A stretch of DNA of 63,186 nucleotides, filler included, from Globobulimina sp. (Eukaryota), in the NCBI GenBank assembly GCA_003354225.1. It is 10 parts of 10 records of this genome, joined end to end, with 100 filler letters (N's around TTAATTAATTAA, not from the genome) between each part and the next. Parts side by side here need not be neighbours in the genome. Positions count along the whole stretch, not along the records: positions 19,023 to 25,259 come from PIVH01000334.1; positions 25,360 to 31,589 come from PIVH01000335.1; positions 31,690 to 37,919 come from PIVH01000336.1; 7 more parts are not named here. The stretch is one strand, 5' to 3'. The notes under the pieces are model-generated. The model saw nothing but the letters and a program-made list of their open reading frames with translations. It searched no databases and was not told the DNA's origin. The stretch's first letter is position 1. Every line of letters begins with the position of its first letter. Below are positions 23,600 through 36,610 of this stretch, in pieces. Made by a program: the position numbers and the translations under genes.

Positions 23600-25133
23600 T
23601 CAATATATATAGCTAGCTCTGTTTATTGCATTGTACCCACACATTTTATTCCCTTTGTTACAAATAACAATTTGCTTCTGTGCTGTCTTCAAATTATAAT
23701 TTGTTGTGGTTTTTATTGAATATAAATTTTTAACATCGTCCAATACAGTTTCCATTGTACCATCCAATTCCGATAATTGTTTAAATATAAACATAAAATC
23801 ATTTCTAACGGAGTCATTTAAGGCATTCACAAATTTTAATACATTTTTAAAATATTTATGAGAATACCAATTATACCATCTGTAAGAATACCATCTAATT
23901 TTCATATTATTTCTTTTATATTTATTTTTACTGAATATTGTATTTAATATTTCAAATTGTTTAATTGATGAACAAATATTTAAATAATTAATCTCTTCTC
24001 TTTCTGACACGATAGTTTGTAAAACATGTTCAATATTACCACGAGTACTCTCATGATGTATTTCCCAACAAAATCTCTGTAAATGTTTTGCAGAATTGAC
24101 AATAGCCACTACTGTATGGTCAGGCACATATTTATTCAAACATAATTCTTGTAAATTATCAAATGTTTTATTTGGTGATAACATGAGTTGCATGCTATTT
24201 GGTGGTGATATGAATGAAAAGATGTAAGCATTTAAATGTAATGATATTAATTGTTTGCCAATAAGTGGTAATATGGATGGTATCAGACATCCAAATTCAT
24301 TGTCAACAATTATTAATCCCTTTAGTTTTGTCATTAAATTTGCTTTTGACATTGCTGTTGGTATTAAATTATTATCCCTCTCATATCCACATCCAACATC
24401 CAATGATAAGCATTCAATATTTGTATTTGCTCGCATTACAGCAGTAAAATAATTTTGTGCAGTCACTGCAATGGATGCTTTAAGTTCTAACGTTTTATAA
24501 TTCCGTCCCATTTGGTTACAAATATTAATGATTTTCGCAGATTCTCTCTCATTGCTTTCGTTATCTAATTCGCTGGAAATATAAATGCTCGTTAAACGTA
24601 ATATATCCAAATTTAATTTATTGCATGGAAATGATTGATAGAATTCATTCGGTATATCTGCGAAACAAACAGTTATGTCTTTTACCATTCTAAGTCTGTT
24701 TAATTTTGCCATCTGATATGGACAATATTGTGGTCCATGGTTGTTTTTGTATGATGTAAACCAGTTTGGCTGATCTAGTTTTTGTATTCTTGACAATGAA
24801 GATGTTAACGATGAGAAAATATACCGATTACATTTGATCAATGATGTTTGTTGTGATAAATTTAAATATGATGCAGTATATGCAATTAATTGTGATGGCA
24901 AATCAATGAATGTAGTTTTAGTATTATTCGCATTTGACGGATATCGATTGTTATTATTTAATGATTGAGATGATAATGTTTTCTTTCTTAAATCAAGGAT
25001 ATTTTTAGTAATTTTATTTATTTTACTTACATTTTTATATTTATACTGTTTTGATTCTTCAATAAATAAATGAAATAATGATTTAATTATTAATTCTCTT
25101 TTATCATATTCTTTATATAATTTACTAGATATT
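23600..25133 (-). CDS. F-box-like/LRR-like hypothetical protein (5' end uncertain)
   Basis: FIDLPSQLIAYTASYL..CNR motif followed by LxxLxL repeats. The frame is open upstream to a probable acceptor near 25134. Confidence 0.55.
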
Positions 25134-25359
25134 CCTGTTGGTGTAAAGATGTTGATTATAAAATGTTTTTTTTATCGTGGCTTAAATGAATGTTTTTACA
25201 AAAATATTTTTGTGTAGAAAGTAATATCAACAAAAAAAAGGCCAGAGGTTAGTCGGATANNNNNNNNNNNNNNNNNNNNNNNNNNNNNNNNNNNNNNNNN
25301 NNNTTAATTAATTAANNNNNNNNNNNNNNNNNNNNNNNNNNNNNNNNNNNNNNNNNNNN

Positions 25360-27103
25360 CCCGGAACAAATCCATTGTATTAAACTCCGAATCCTGCTCT
25401 GTCAAAGAAACGCATGTTTCTCCATCTTGGAAGAAATCGTAATGCGCAGTGTCACCAAACTCGATATCGGCATATTGCAAGGTATCATAACCGATGGCGC
25501 CTTGATAAAAACCATAAAAATGGTCAAAGCCCCGGTTTGTGGGCGTGAATGCATCGATGGCATAGCCCATATGCCATTTGCCCACAGCGTACGTCTTATA
25601 GCCACCAATCGACTGCAACCAGTTTGCGATGGTTGGCTGACCAATGGGAAGGCCGCCGATTTCCGTATAATCCCAAGGCAACATTTTGCCAAACCCCATC
25701 TTATGCGCATACCTTCCAGTTATAAACTGTGAGCGCGACGGACTACACATTAAATGCGAATAATGTTTCTCCAAACTTATCGACTCTGCGTATAAATTAT
25801 CTATGTTTGGCGTGGGATAGGCGCCGCCATTAAAACTCACGTCGTTCCATCCAATGTCGTCCATCAAAATAAATACAATATTCGGTGGATCCATCGCACT
25901 CAAATATGGGTCCTTCCACGTATTATCATCAGATATTGGCTCTGGCTCTGGCTCTGGATCTGATGCATGTAACTGACGTAAAAACCATTTGTTATCATCG
26001 GATTCGAATCTTTGGGCTGGACACCAATCAGATTCAGCAGCGGATAATAACGACTCATCATAAAATGTACCAATATCATACACAACGCCCCAATCTTGGA
26101 AATCCCACAACATTCGTGGTGTGATCTCCATTTTGGATGAAATGGACCATTCGTTGGAGTCCACAAAATTAAAATGATATGGATCATCTAATTCAATCGC
26201 ACCGCATTCATGGAATCCCGGAGCACATTCTGCAGTGTACGCGTCTGGATATTCATGCAAATCCTCAGCAGCGATGGCGTTGTAACCATGACACGTGGCC
26301 CACATCGCCCGTATATACGCCACGAATGAGTGTAAAACCATAAATATTGGATCGTCGGGAGAATAGCCGGTGGCCATCGCACATTCATCGCATTGCGCAA
26401 AATACCAATGAACATGTTGATGTTCCAAAACAATGCCCCCTTTAAATGCTATAAATTCTTCGCGTGACATCACCTCAGCAATTTCCGGCGCGGTCGGCAA
26501 TAATATGCTTGGATCAACATTTCTTTTTAAACAGCAGCCATTTGCGGCATCCTCTTGTCGAGCGCATAAATTCTCTTCAATTATGGGCCACCTTTCAACA
26601 CTCCACAAAGGACCATTGACACACTCCATATCATTTGGATTACCATCACCGCCGAATACTGAATTTAATATAAATGCCTCTGTCTCATGACCTGCATCAA
26701 TGGAAAAATCATAATAAGGTAAAGCAAAGCATTTAAATTTGCCGCCTAAGGCTCGGATTTGACTGTATAGTTTCCAAAAGGTAGCATTCTAAAGCAATTA
26801 AAATATATCACTCAACGTTTCGACCTCCCAAACTAAATAAGTATGCCAGAAAAAAAAGGATGAACCGCGATGTATCATTGTATGCGTTGCATGATCGACG
26901 AGAATGTCTTGATATTTGCCATTTGCACGAATTGCATGCATTCCTTCCACGTAAAGCATTTTTTCTCCTTTTGATAATTTATGAATGGGTCTTCGGATTC
27001 GATCACATACCTCTTCTAAATATATGCCATGGCCAGAAGGCCCAAAACCAGCAATTAATTTTGTTAATATTGCAGATATTAATAATAAACCAAGTGCGAC
27101 CAT
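25360..27103 (-). CDS. Secreted tyrosinase (type-3 copper)-arylsulfatase fusion, 3' truncated (intron 26763-26816)
   Basis: Signal peptide; CuA H..IHRGSSFFFWH; LPYYD; CuB HQHVH..DPIFMVLH; PEPEPEP linker; PNIVFILMDDIGW, TPNID, CSPSRSQFITGRY, GKWHMG, RGFDHFYG. Confidence 0.87.
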
Positions 27104-27246
27104 TCTTCACTTATTACTAATTTCGAAACGATGCAGCTCTGTAACTGTAAGTGTGTTTTTTTTTAAATCCTCAAAACTTTTAATTTCATATTCTAATATT
27201 CATGTAACGGTTTTGAAAATCGGTTAGTTGGACATTCTCTAACTGA

Positions 27247-30200
27247 ATGGCAACAAAAAAGAAAAGCACGAAATCAAGCAACAAATCAACAGTCATTTTT
27301 CGATGTACCAATATAGCATTTGAGAAAAAAACAAAAAAAGATCGAAAAATAGCTACTTTAATTATTACATATGAGACTGTATCAGGTTCGTGGACTCAAC
27401 AAAAAGCATTTGAAGATGTATGGGATTTTGTTGAATCAATATGCCACTCCAAAAAAAAAACACTCCTCGCAAATGCCTCCAAATATAAAGATGAATATCT
27501 GACTAAAAACAAACCCCAAAATGCATTCAAATTAATGACTGACGCATTAAACCATATTGGCCAAAATAAAAAAATATTATCAGACTCCACAATTCCTGTA
27601 TTTATTGGTGCAAAACGTGACCACTGAAATGATATTAAAACTGCACAAAAAATGACCACTAAAAAGCCTAAACCAAAAACTGTTGAGTAACATTTTTGTT
27701 TTTGTTTTTGTTTCAACGTAACAACAACACACAAAACATACAGAAAAAAGTGTCATCCGTTGGAACAGCCACATTTATGTCCAGTTTAGGCGGCGGCGGT
27801 GGCCGCAGATCAACAAATACAGACAACGCAGACCAACGAGAAACGATTCAACAAACAACAGACGAACTGGAACTCGAGCAACACAAACAAGAGACATACG
27901 CATTGCAACTACAACAAGAGATAGATCGCCTAAAAAGGCAACATTTATCCGATACATATGACTTAAAACAAGAAAATATGCGTTTACAAGCAAACAACGC
28001 CACCTTAAAAGAGACCGACACGGTCTCACAAGATGCGATACAAGAATTGCAAGAGAAAGTGGCTAAATATGAGCAAGAATTGGGCAAAAATGAGATTGAT
28101 GACGGAATTGCACAAATATTTGCTGATGAATTTAAAAAACCGCAAGATATGGCTGACACATATTATCAACGGATACAAAAACAAACGCAAATCATTGATC
28201 GGTTAGACACAAAGCTAAGCGAATTGACGCATAGCAATGGCGATTTATCCCTGAAGTTGGCGCGGGCAAAAAGCGTAGCGGACCAATTAGCCCTTCAAGT
28301 GATACAATTAACCAATCCAAACCTGCAGCAGTTAGAGGAGGATTACGCAGAAGTCGAGGCAGAGTTAGATGAAGTGAGCAAAGTGAAGGAAAGCTACGAA
28401 CTGCAAATGATAAAAACTGCGCAGGAATTGGACCATTTGGCTCTGACAGTGGCTAAAATGAAGCCGCATTACGAACAATATCCACAGTTAATGGATACTA
28501 TCAGCACTCAACGCAATGCGTATGACAATATATTGGAGAAATTGCATGCATTGCAAGCGGAAAGGGATGGGTTTAAGGATAAATACTTGGACATACAGAG
28601 CAAAGATGTACTGCCAATGGCGGAATATAAGCAAACAGCGACTGGTTATCAGCAACAGATAAAAGAATTGAAACAGAAACACAATGAAATACAAAGTGAA
28701 AAGCAAAATGTGGTGCAGGAATTGCAAGTTGTTACGCAAAACATGGCTGCGATGAAGATGAAAGTGGCGGAGTTGGAAGCGGATAATGATAAGTTACAAC
28801 GCTGTGGTGGTCGGGATGTGAATGTAGAGCTTTTATTGGATTTGGAGAATGATTTTAGTATATTCAAAGGGGACGAATTTGAATATGCAGAGAATTTGAG
28901 TCGTGATCAATTGTTGTTATGGTGCCAACATTTAAAGGTATTCATAAAGGAAATCAATCATGAATTGTGTATGGAGATTAATAACTTATCGGAAAGGAAT
29001 GAGCGGTTGGAACATTATGTTGAATTGAAAGGTTTGCCCTTTCCGAGCGATGCTGAGGTGTTTATGGAGTGCACTTACAATGAATTGCCGGATCCATTGC
29101 CGTCTATGCATTTTGTGGATGATTTGAACGAATACAATCCAACAAAGAAACAATTGGAAGAGTATATTGATGTAATTTTTACGCAATGGAGAGAGGATGA
29201 AAAAGACGTTAATAACATGATAATGAATGGCGTGGAGGATCAAATGTTATTAAATCAATTGGAAAATGACAACAAATCTGACGATGTAGCCATCACTGTT
29301 GAAACATTACAGAAACAGTTAGAAACTGCACATTTGCGGCAGGAAGAAACCACTTTGGAGTTGAATAAAAAGATAAAGGAATTGCAAGAATCGAATGAAG
29401 CGTTATCTACAAAAGTACGCAAAGAGGAACAACATAAAACAGTGGAGGAGAAAGACGATAAATTGTTATTAAACAGATTATGCGATACAGAGCAATATGT
29501 AAAACAGTTAGAAGATGACAGGAAAGCATTAGAATTCGAGACTAGTTTACAAAAAGAATCGTTAGCGCGACAGTATAAATATGAAAATGAATTAGTTAGT
29601 ATAGATTTGCAGGAATCTCGTCAACGATGTGATGATTTAAACAAACAAATAAACAGTGATGACTTGAATTTATTAGCTTCGCGGTTTAGAAACGAAGTGG
29701 GAGATATCCGCAGAGATAATAGTGACTTAAAAAAGAAGCATGTTGAAGAGATTGGCGATTTGGAACGTGATCGGGATGAATTGTTGAGAGAGCTGAATCT
29801 ATTACGGATTAAAACCGACCGCATGGATATAAATACGGAGGAAGCAGTGTTGACACTGCAGCATGAATTGGGGAAGAAAAATAAAGAATTGCTACATTTC
29901 GAAGCAGTGGCCAGTAATCTATCCAATGTGAAGGAGAAATTGGATATTTTGGAGGCAGATCGCAATGAATTGGAGAAATCATACCGATTATTACAAGATA
30001 AATTGGCAAAGGAGAAGCAGATATATGTGCGAGAGATGCAGAGAGCGGATGTGAGAAAAAGAGAGTTAATGCTAAAATATGCCACGGCGCAAAAAGATAT
30101 TGAAAATATTAAGGTATTGCATACAGTCACAGGTTTAGCACCATTGACAATCGAGATAAACGTTTGATATTTAGATGCGACATGGAATTGATTCGGATGC

Positions 30201-31254
30201 GATTATCACCAAAACGGAGTTAGTTTCAATAAAGGAGGAGATGGATGGATTGAAAATGAAGAGAGTGGAAGCAGTGGCATCTAAAATGAAATTATTGGAG
30301 ACCTCTTCGTTAGAAATTGAGCGCATGAGACATGAAATAAAAGTGTTGAATGGGTACATGCGAAGGTATGGTAATAGGCCTAGTCGGTATTCTGTATCCT
30401 CTATGGGTTCATCCGTGCCGTTTAATGGTGCACCACATCAGGAGTTATTGGGTGATAATAATATTATGGGTTCTGCCTGGAGTTATACAATGGGAATGTT
30501 ATCCTCTTTTGGCTCAGTGTTTGCTAATAATGAGCATAGTGATAGTAAGCAAGCATATGTGTATGATGAGAATGTACAGGTACAGCGATCACAAGTTTCA
30601 TCGGTGGGTCGTAAGTCTCGTAACCACCATCATAATGATAACCATATGCGGTATGCATCCATGGCAGGATCCTATGCAGTGAATGACATACAGCATAATC
30701 GCGGGCTATCCTCGTCATTGTATAATGTAAAAAGGGAGAGAGCACATAACAGAAAACAAAGTCGACATCGACATAGCAGTCATAGTCATAGATTGCAGAA
30801 TTCATACAATCCGTACCCCATTGTTTCGAATATAAGAGACTATGGGAAACAGCGGCAGCCGTCAAGACAAGATGTGATGTTAGAGGCTGAGGATAATGGT
30901 AATATTCGTGAATCGATGGATAAGATATTTGATGCATTTGCTAATGCACAGAATAATATTAATAGACAGTCACTTGATGTTTCTGGTGTTGCTGATGATG
31001 GATTGGATTTGGATGTGTTTCGTTTGGATCATGATCAATTGGACGATAATAATAACAAAGCAACAATATATCATAGTGATTATATGAGGAAGCCACACGA
31101 TGAAAATGATTCTTTTGATAATATAGGAGGTGGTGTTGATGATTTTTGGGGTACAAATATGAACGAAGATGATATTGATGTTGATAATCATATGCATCAA
31201 TATTCTGATGAAGATCGATTTGGAATTGGCGATATCGATTTAAATACATTATAA
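27247..31254 (+). CDS. Large coiled-coil protein (introns 27682-27743, 30114-30174; in-frame TGA at 27625-27627)
   Basis: Heptad-rich 823-aa and 359-aa ORFs are joined by a GT-AG intron. The upstream 126-aa ORF is in frame across one TGA. Confidence 0.65.
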
Positions 31255-31435
31255 AATTTTTCAATTTAGCTTTTTTTTTTGTCACGCATCATTTAATGAG
31301 ACTAGAAAACATATTGTTTCAATTAGATCGGATTTTTCTATGTGTACACTGTGATTTTAAAATCACACAGAATTTAGTGGCAAATAACAAAAAAAAATTA
31401 ATAATTTATAAATTTATCTATAAGTCTTTTGATTT

Positions 31436-31588
31436 TTAATTGTTTGCTAAAAGTTTTCTGATTTTTCGTAATAACCTCTTTCTCTTTAATTTGCTGCTCA
31501 CCCCTAATTCTTTCAATGTGTCATGGTCCATATCTGCTAAATCATCTCCTTTGATATTATGTTGCTCAAATAAAATACCAATACCATT
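31436..31588 (-). CDS. C-terminal SAM-domain fragment
   Basis: LFEQHNIKGDDLADMDHDTLKELGVSSKLKRKRLLRKI matches the SAM pattern. Confidence 0.7.
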   Translation of the reverse strand, partial: NGIGILFEQHNIKGDDLADMDHDTLKELGVSSKLKRKRLLRKIRKLLANN

Positions 31589-31689
31589 ANNNNNNNNNNN
31601 NNNNNNNNNNNNNNNNNNNNNNNNNNNNNNNNNTTAATTAATTAANNNNNNNNNNNNNNNNNNNNNNNNNNNNNNNNNNNNNNNNNNNN

Positions 31690-32640
31690 TTATTATTCCC
31701 AAACATAAATATAATTTGCGGCGACGAGCTCAAGTTACTCTACAGACACAATCCGAATAAATATGTCATGTTTAAACATGTGATGATGTCAATGCGTATA
31801 AACGGTGCCGTACAATTCGAGTCATTGGGTGTTGAATGCGAGAAATGCGAATCGTGTGAATGGAATAAAATGAATGGATCATATTTGGATATCATTAAAA
31901 TTCATCACGCTGCTTTTCAACAATATATTTGGTTTCGACTGAGATCACATTTGAATATAAACAATGTCATATTTGATAGGGATAATAATCTGATTAAAAT
32001 TGCATTTATTTCGAGAGAGGGCACATCGAACAGAAAAATGATAGATTCCGTAAGGAGGGATTTTTTAAATAAACTAAATAACGACAAATATTTCGGAAAT
32101 AAAAATAAGTTTAAAATACTAATATTGAAAATGGAGCAATATGAGTTTTATCAGCAAATGAGAATAATGTCAGAGTGTTCTATAATAATTGGAGTGCACG
32201 GCAATGGCTTAACGCATATCGCATGGCTTGGGGACGATTTTTATCTTTCGGTTGTCGAAAATGAGAAGTTAGTGATTGAATTATTGCCGCCGTTTGAATT
32301 GAAGATAAATGATTATATGTTACAATCCGCAGTGACAAATTCATTTCATTTTCAATGGGATACTTATTCCGGAAAAGTAAGGAGTTCATCACATTCATTT
32401 AAATTATGTCCAATGCAGTTTTATAAACCTAATGCAAATCCAAATCAACTGATTGAAATGTTTGAAAACATGGAGGGCTTTTTTTATGCAATCAGGATTA
32501 TATGGAAACACATTATATCTTCAAATAATGATTACGATCGCCATCATTTTAGTGATATCATTCTCAAATCTTGCATTGATGTCAAGCGGCAAAAAAATAG
32601 TAAAAATGGTTTTAATTCGAACAAAGTCTGTCCAAATTGA
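31690..32640 (+). CDS. Glycosyltransferase family 61-like, 5' truncated
   Basis: FISR...R, ME...FYQQMRIM....IIIGVHGNGLTH..W, VIEL motif. Confidence 0.8.
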   Translation, partial: LLFPNINIICGDELKLLYRHNPNKYVMFKHVMMSMRINGAVQFESLGVECEKCESCEWNKMNGSYLDIIKIHHAAFQQYIWFRLRSHLNINNVIFDRDNNLIKIAFISREGTSNRKMIDSVRRDFLNKLNNDKYFGNKNKFKILILKMEQYEFYQQMRIMSECSIIIGVHGNGLTHIAWLGDDFYLSVVENEKLVIELLPPFELKINDYMLQSAVTNSFHFQWDTYSGKVRSSSHSFKLCPMQFYKPNANPNQLIEMFENMEGFFYAIRIIWKHIISSNNDYDRHHFSDIILKSCIDVKRQKNSKNGFNSNKVCPN

Positions 32641-32898
32641 AAAAGATATCTCTCGAATTTATTTAAGCAAGTTTTATTCTAAGCTTTAACCAACTCAGTT
32701 CTCCTCATATCACTAAAGTCGAACAAACAGTCTGTCCAAACAAGTGAGTGCCATCAAGTCTGAAAACGTTGACAATGCTTCATACGGAGGCTACTTACCA
32801 ACAACAGCAAGAATTACGAATTGTTTTAGAATTACGAATTAAGAATTGTTATATTTAAATCGATGAAGAAACCAAAGAAAGTGATATCATATACATTT

Positions 32899-34072
32899 TT
32901 ACCAATTTAAAGCGAAAATGAAAGTATTTAAGAATTTCTTTGTTACAGTTGAAGTAGTTTCGGAACATATGACACTTGATCTGAACCATCCCTTTCTTCT
33001 ACACTCTAAGCCACCACAACATGTATTTCCATTTCCATTGCAGCTCTTGCCCCGTTTCAAACATGTGCTACGACTACGACTTGTTGGGAATGCTGTTGGA
33101 CTAAATGTTGTTGGCGAGTTTGTCGGAATTGATGTTGGAGTTTGTTTATTTTGCCAAATTCTCACAGAATCAATGACAAAATTACCAATCTGATCTTTGG
33201 CATAATAGTGATGCCCTGTTATGTTACACCATGGCGCAGCACACACCGCAGTGTTCATAATGATAGACATTGGCTGATATGCTATTGTTGCATTTGCATC
33301 ATTAATATAACTGACTTGTTCATCATCAATATATAATGTAAGACTATCAAATGTCCAGATTAACGTCCAGTTTTTAAATTGTTTGTAAAAATCAGCACCA
33401 TTACCTGGTTTAGGATAATATAATAAATTTCCATTTTGTAGATGTCCATATAATCCTGGCCCACAATCTTTATTATATTGAGATGCGACATTATTATAAT
33501 GATAAGCAGCAGTTACACGGTTTCTGTTTCTTCCGCTCCATTGTTCCATTATATCATATTCCTGATAACATTTGATTTCCCCTCCAATCACACCATCTCT
33601 TTGTAGCCATAATGCAGTGTGTAAATGAGGAAATTGTGGATCTGGTAATTTCGCAAATATTTCTATTTTACCATAAGTAAAACTAAATTTTTTCTCTGTT
33701 GTTACAACACCAGATCGATACCAATAAGCATTACCATTCTTTGTCTTTGGGTCATAGACTGTTTCAATTACCAATCTGAATATATTTTATGTACACAGAA
33801 TGTATACAGTATTTATAATTAATTATGTACAGTATATCAAGATTACAAATAACTTACTTTCCATCTTGAACACGCACATTTGATTCATTGTAAAGTTGTA
33901 TTTGTTTTGGATATGCCCCAACTCGACGTATTGCGCTCCATTTTGATGTATCTAATGTTGTGCCTTCAAACGTATCTTCAAATATTAATTTCCATGACGG
34001 AGTATCACCTGCACCATATACAATGTGTACAATGCGATGTAATATCATACCAAATAATAAACATGAAATCAT
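32899..34072 (-). CDS. Secreted GH16 beta-glucanase-like protein with PT linker and Cys-knot tail (intron 33776-33857)
   Basis: WKLIFEDTFEG..LD.SKW, YRSG, FTYGKIE, catalytic EYDIME, IDSVRIWQ; tail CLKRGKSC....CCGGLEC. Confidence 0.88.
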
Positions 34073-34445
34073 GCTTGTTTTTTTTTAATAATTAATTTCG
34101 GAATTATAGTTTAATTAATTTTGTAAATTATGATTGCAGCGTTTAGTATATTCAGCGTCCATTATCAGTCAGTTCTATGTTTTACTGGACAGATCCGTGA
34201 CACATTTTTTTTGGGAAACGAAATCAAACGAATTTGGACAGACAGACTATAGCTTTTGTTGCAAATCAGATTTGATGTATATATACAATACTATATACAT
34301 TTTATGTGCAGTTAGAACTAAAAAGAACAACAAGAAGCAATTAATACATCAAAAAATAAATTACAAACTACTGGCTAGACAGCAAAAAATAAAAAAAATA
34401 CAAAAATAAACAATTAATAGGATACGTCATACGAATGTAACAATG

Positions 34446-36443
34446 TCATTGATAACTACCAGACTGAGCAGGTGTAATTGGAGAAATTGGAGTATGTGGC
34501 TGTGCCGCTTTATGTTCATTATCTTGCGATGTCTCTGTTGAAATTTGTACATTTGGTCTTTGCATAGCAAAATCTTGCAATGTCATAAAATTCGAAGAGC
34601 CGCCCTGTTGTATCAATTTACCCGTTGCCAAATCATGCGCGATGTCATCAAAATATTCCTCATAACCAAAGGATGTGTTTTTTTTTATTTTTTTAAACGT
34701 TTCATTCAATTTATATTCAGCATATTTTAACAATTTATACGCATCTTCAATATGTTGATGATGATCTTTTAACCGTACGGCCAATTTATACGGATATCTG
34801 GTTTTATATTTTCGCAAAAACGAAAACTTATTTTGATCAAATTGGAATCCGTCAACAATAACAACTCCGTGGTGCTCCGATTCGTTTTTTATCTCAATCG
34901 CCGCAAATATTTGCGTAGCTATAATATTATATCCTTGCGAACTGTATTCCAAATATCGCAATTTTACCTTTTCCGGATCCGTTAAACATGCAATAAAATT
35001 CAACATTTTATACGGATTCACGGCAAAATCAATATGCGGCAATGCCTTTTCATACGATTTCGACACTGACAAATCCCGCGAATGTGAAGTCACAGAGGTG
35101 AGCTTTTCATGCCTCAAACTGCCCGATTTGACGCCTAACAGATGGGCATTGTTCATATTTGATGGCAACGGTCTGTTTGGCACAGGCGATGACGGCGTCA
35201 TATTTATGCTGACTTTAGCTCGGATTTCCTGTATCATGCTCTCATCCAATGACACATCTTCGCCGTACATATCTTCACAGCTCACCACCGTATGGCATTG
35301 GGCATAAATAGTGGCAGTTTTAACTTGTGGATCGGGGTTGAAATATGGGAATAACTGCGTTATTTTGTGACTTACGCATCTCCCATGAGTCAGTCGTAAA
35401 CAACAGCCGCATACTTTTGTCACTAACGTTTCGTAGCATTTATACATCAATATAATGCACAACGATTTGGTCACCCTATCGATGGCTAATATGAATAGCA
35501 TATCTTGGCTGTAAAATATATCAAATATTAACCAACATAGAACTGATATGAACACAGACACTGACGCCAATAACGTGTGTTTCTGCATTAATTGAAATAG
35601 GCGCAATTCGCGCATATCACTTTGGCTTCCGGTCTCGCGAACGGTTACCGTTTGTAGCTGAGTTATATATGTTTTTGGCAGTGCAGATATGCGCAAAATC
35701 GCATCGCAAAGCTCATATTAAGATATTTGCACTCAACGTTGTGGAGTTTGTAGAAGAACAATGAAGCAAAGAAGATGTTGCATAATAATGTGGTGATTTG
35801 GCCGACGATATACACGAATAATATGCCACCGATATTTAATTTTGCAATGCAGTCGAATCCATTGGTTTGTTGGGATGCGTTTAGTGAGAAATCGATTTCT
35901 TTATATTGCGGTTGCATTGATATTGAGGTCAGAATTAAAAAAATTAAACAGATGAGGCACACTGCAATGCACATAATGGCCGCATTTTTGGTTTTGATTT
36001 CAAACACAGAATACTTGAAAGAGTGATAAATGCGGATAATCCAAAAAATATACAAAGTGAGTTCGAATATTATGAACCAATTGTATCGCAACCATGTGAT
36101 AGTGGAACAATATCCATTTTGTGTAGGGAATGGGTAGGATAAATTTAGTAAAATTGTAATGCATTCAAAACAAATGCCGATCCAAGCAATAAAGAGAACG
36201 CTTAGTGTCGCAAATTTGATTTTGTTGGACTGTAGATATTATTCATATTATTTGTATGTGTCATTATTGAATATATCAAAAAGTAATTGAATATGTAGAA
36301 AAGTATCGTACCAGATCTTTGCCATAGATTTGGTAGAGGAAATGCCCAAAGACACCCGATTGGAATATTAACAAACATATATAAAAAGCAAGTGAGAGTA
36401 GTATTCCTGTCGCGGCCTCTACATCTCCGACTTTGTCGACCAT
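34446..36443 (-). CDS. 7TM-like membrane protein with long cytoplasmic tail (introns 36230-36311, 35658-35737)
   Basis: Splicing joins the ORFs in frame; RIYHSFKYS.F, LF..KL and KHTLL motifs as in the other 7TM genes. Confidence 0.65.
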
Positions 36444-36610
36444 GATTAACAAAGTTTATATAGCAAGCAAAGCAAAAAGATAAGTTAAGTTAAGTTAAGA
36501 TTAGATACCAGTTTGAACGCATTGGCGAGAAAGAAATAGAAAAAAAACAAGTAGTGTTTTTATAACATTAAAAGATTAAATCAAAACATTTATAATTATT
36601 TGCTCAATGC

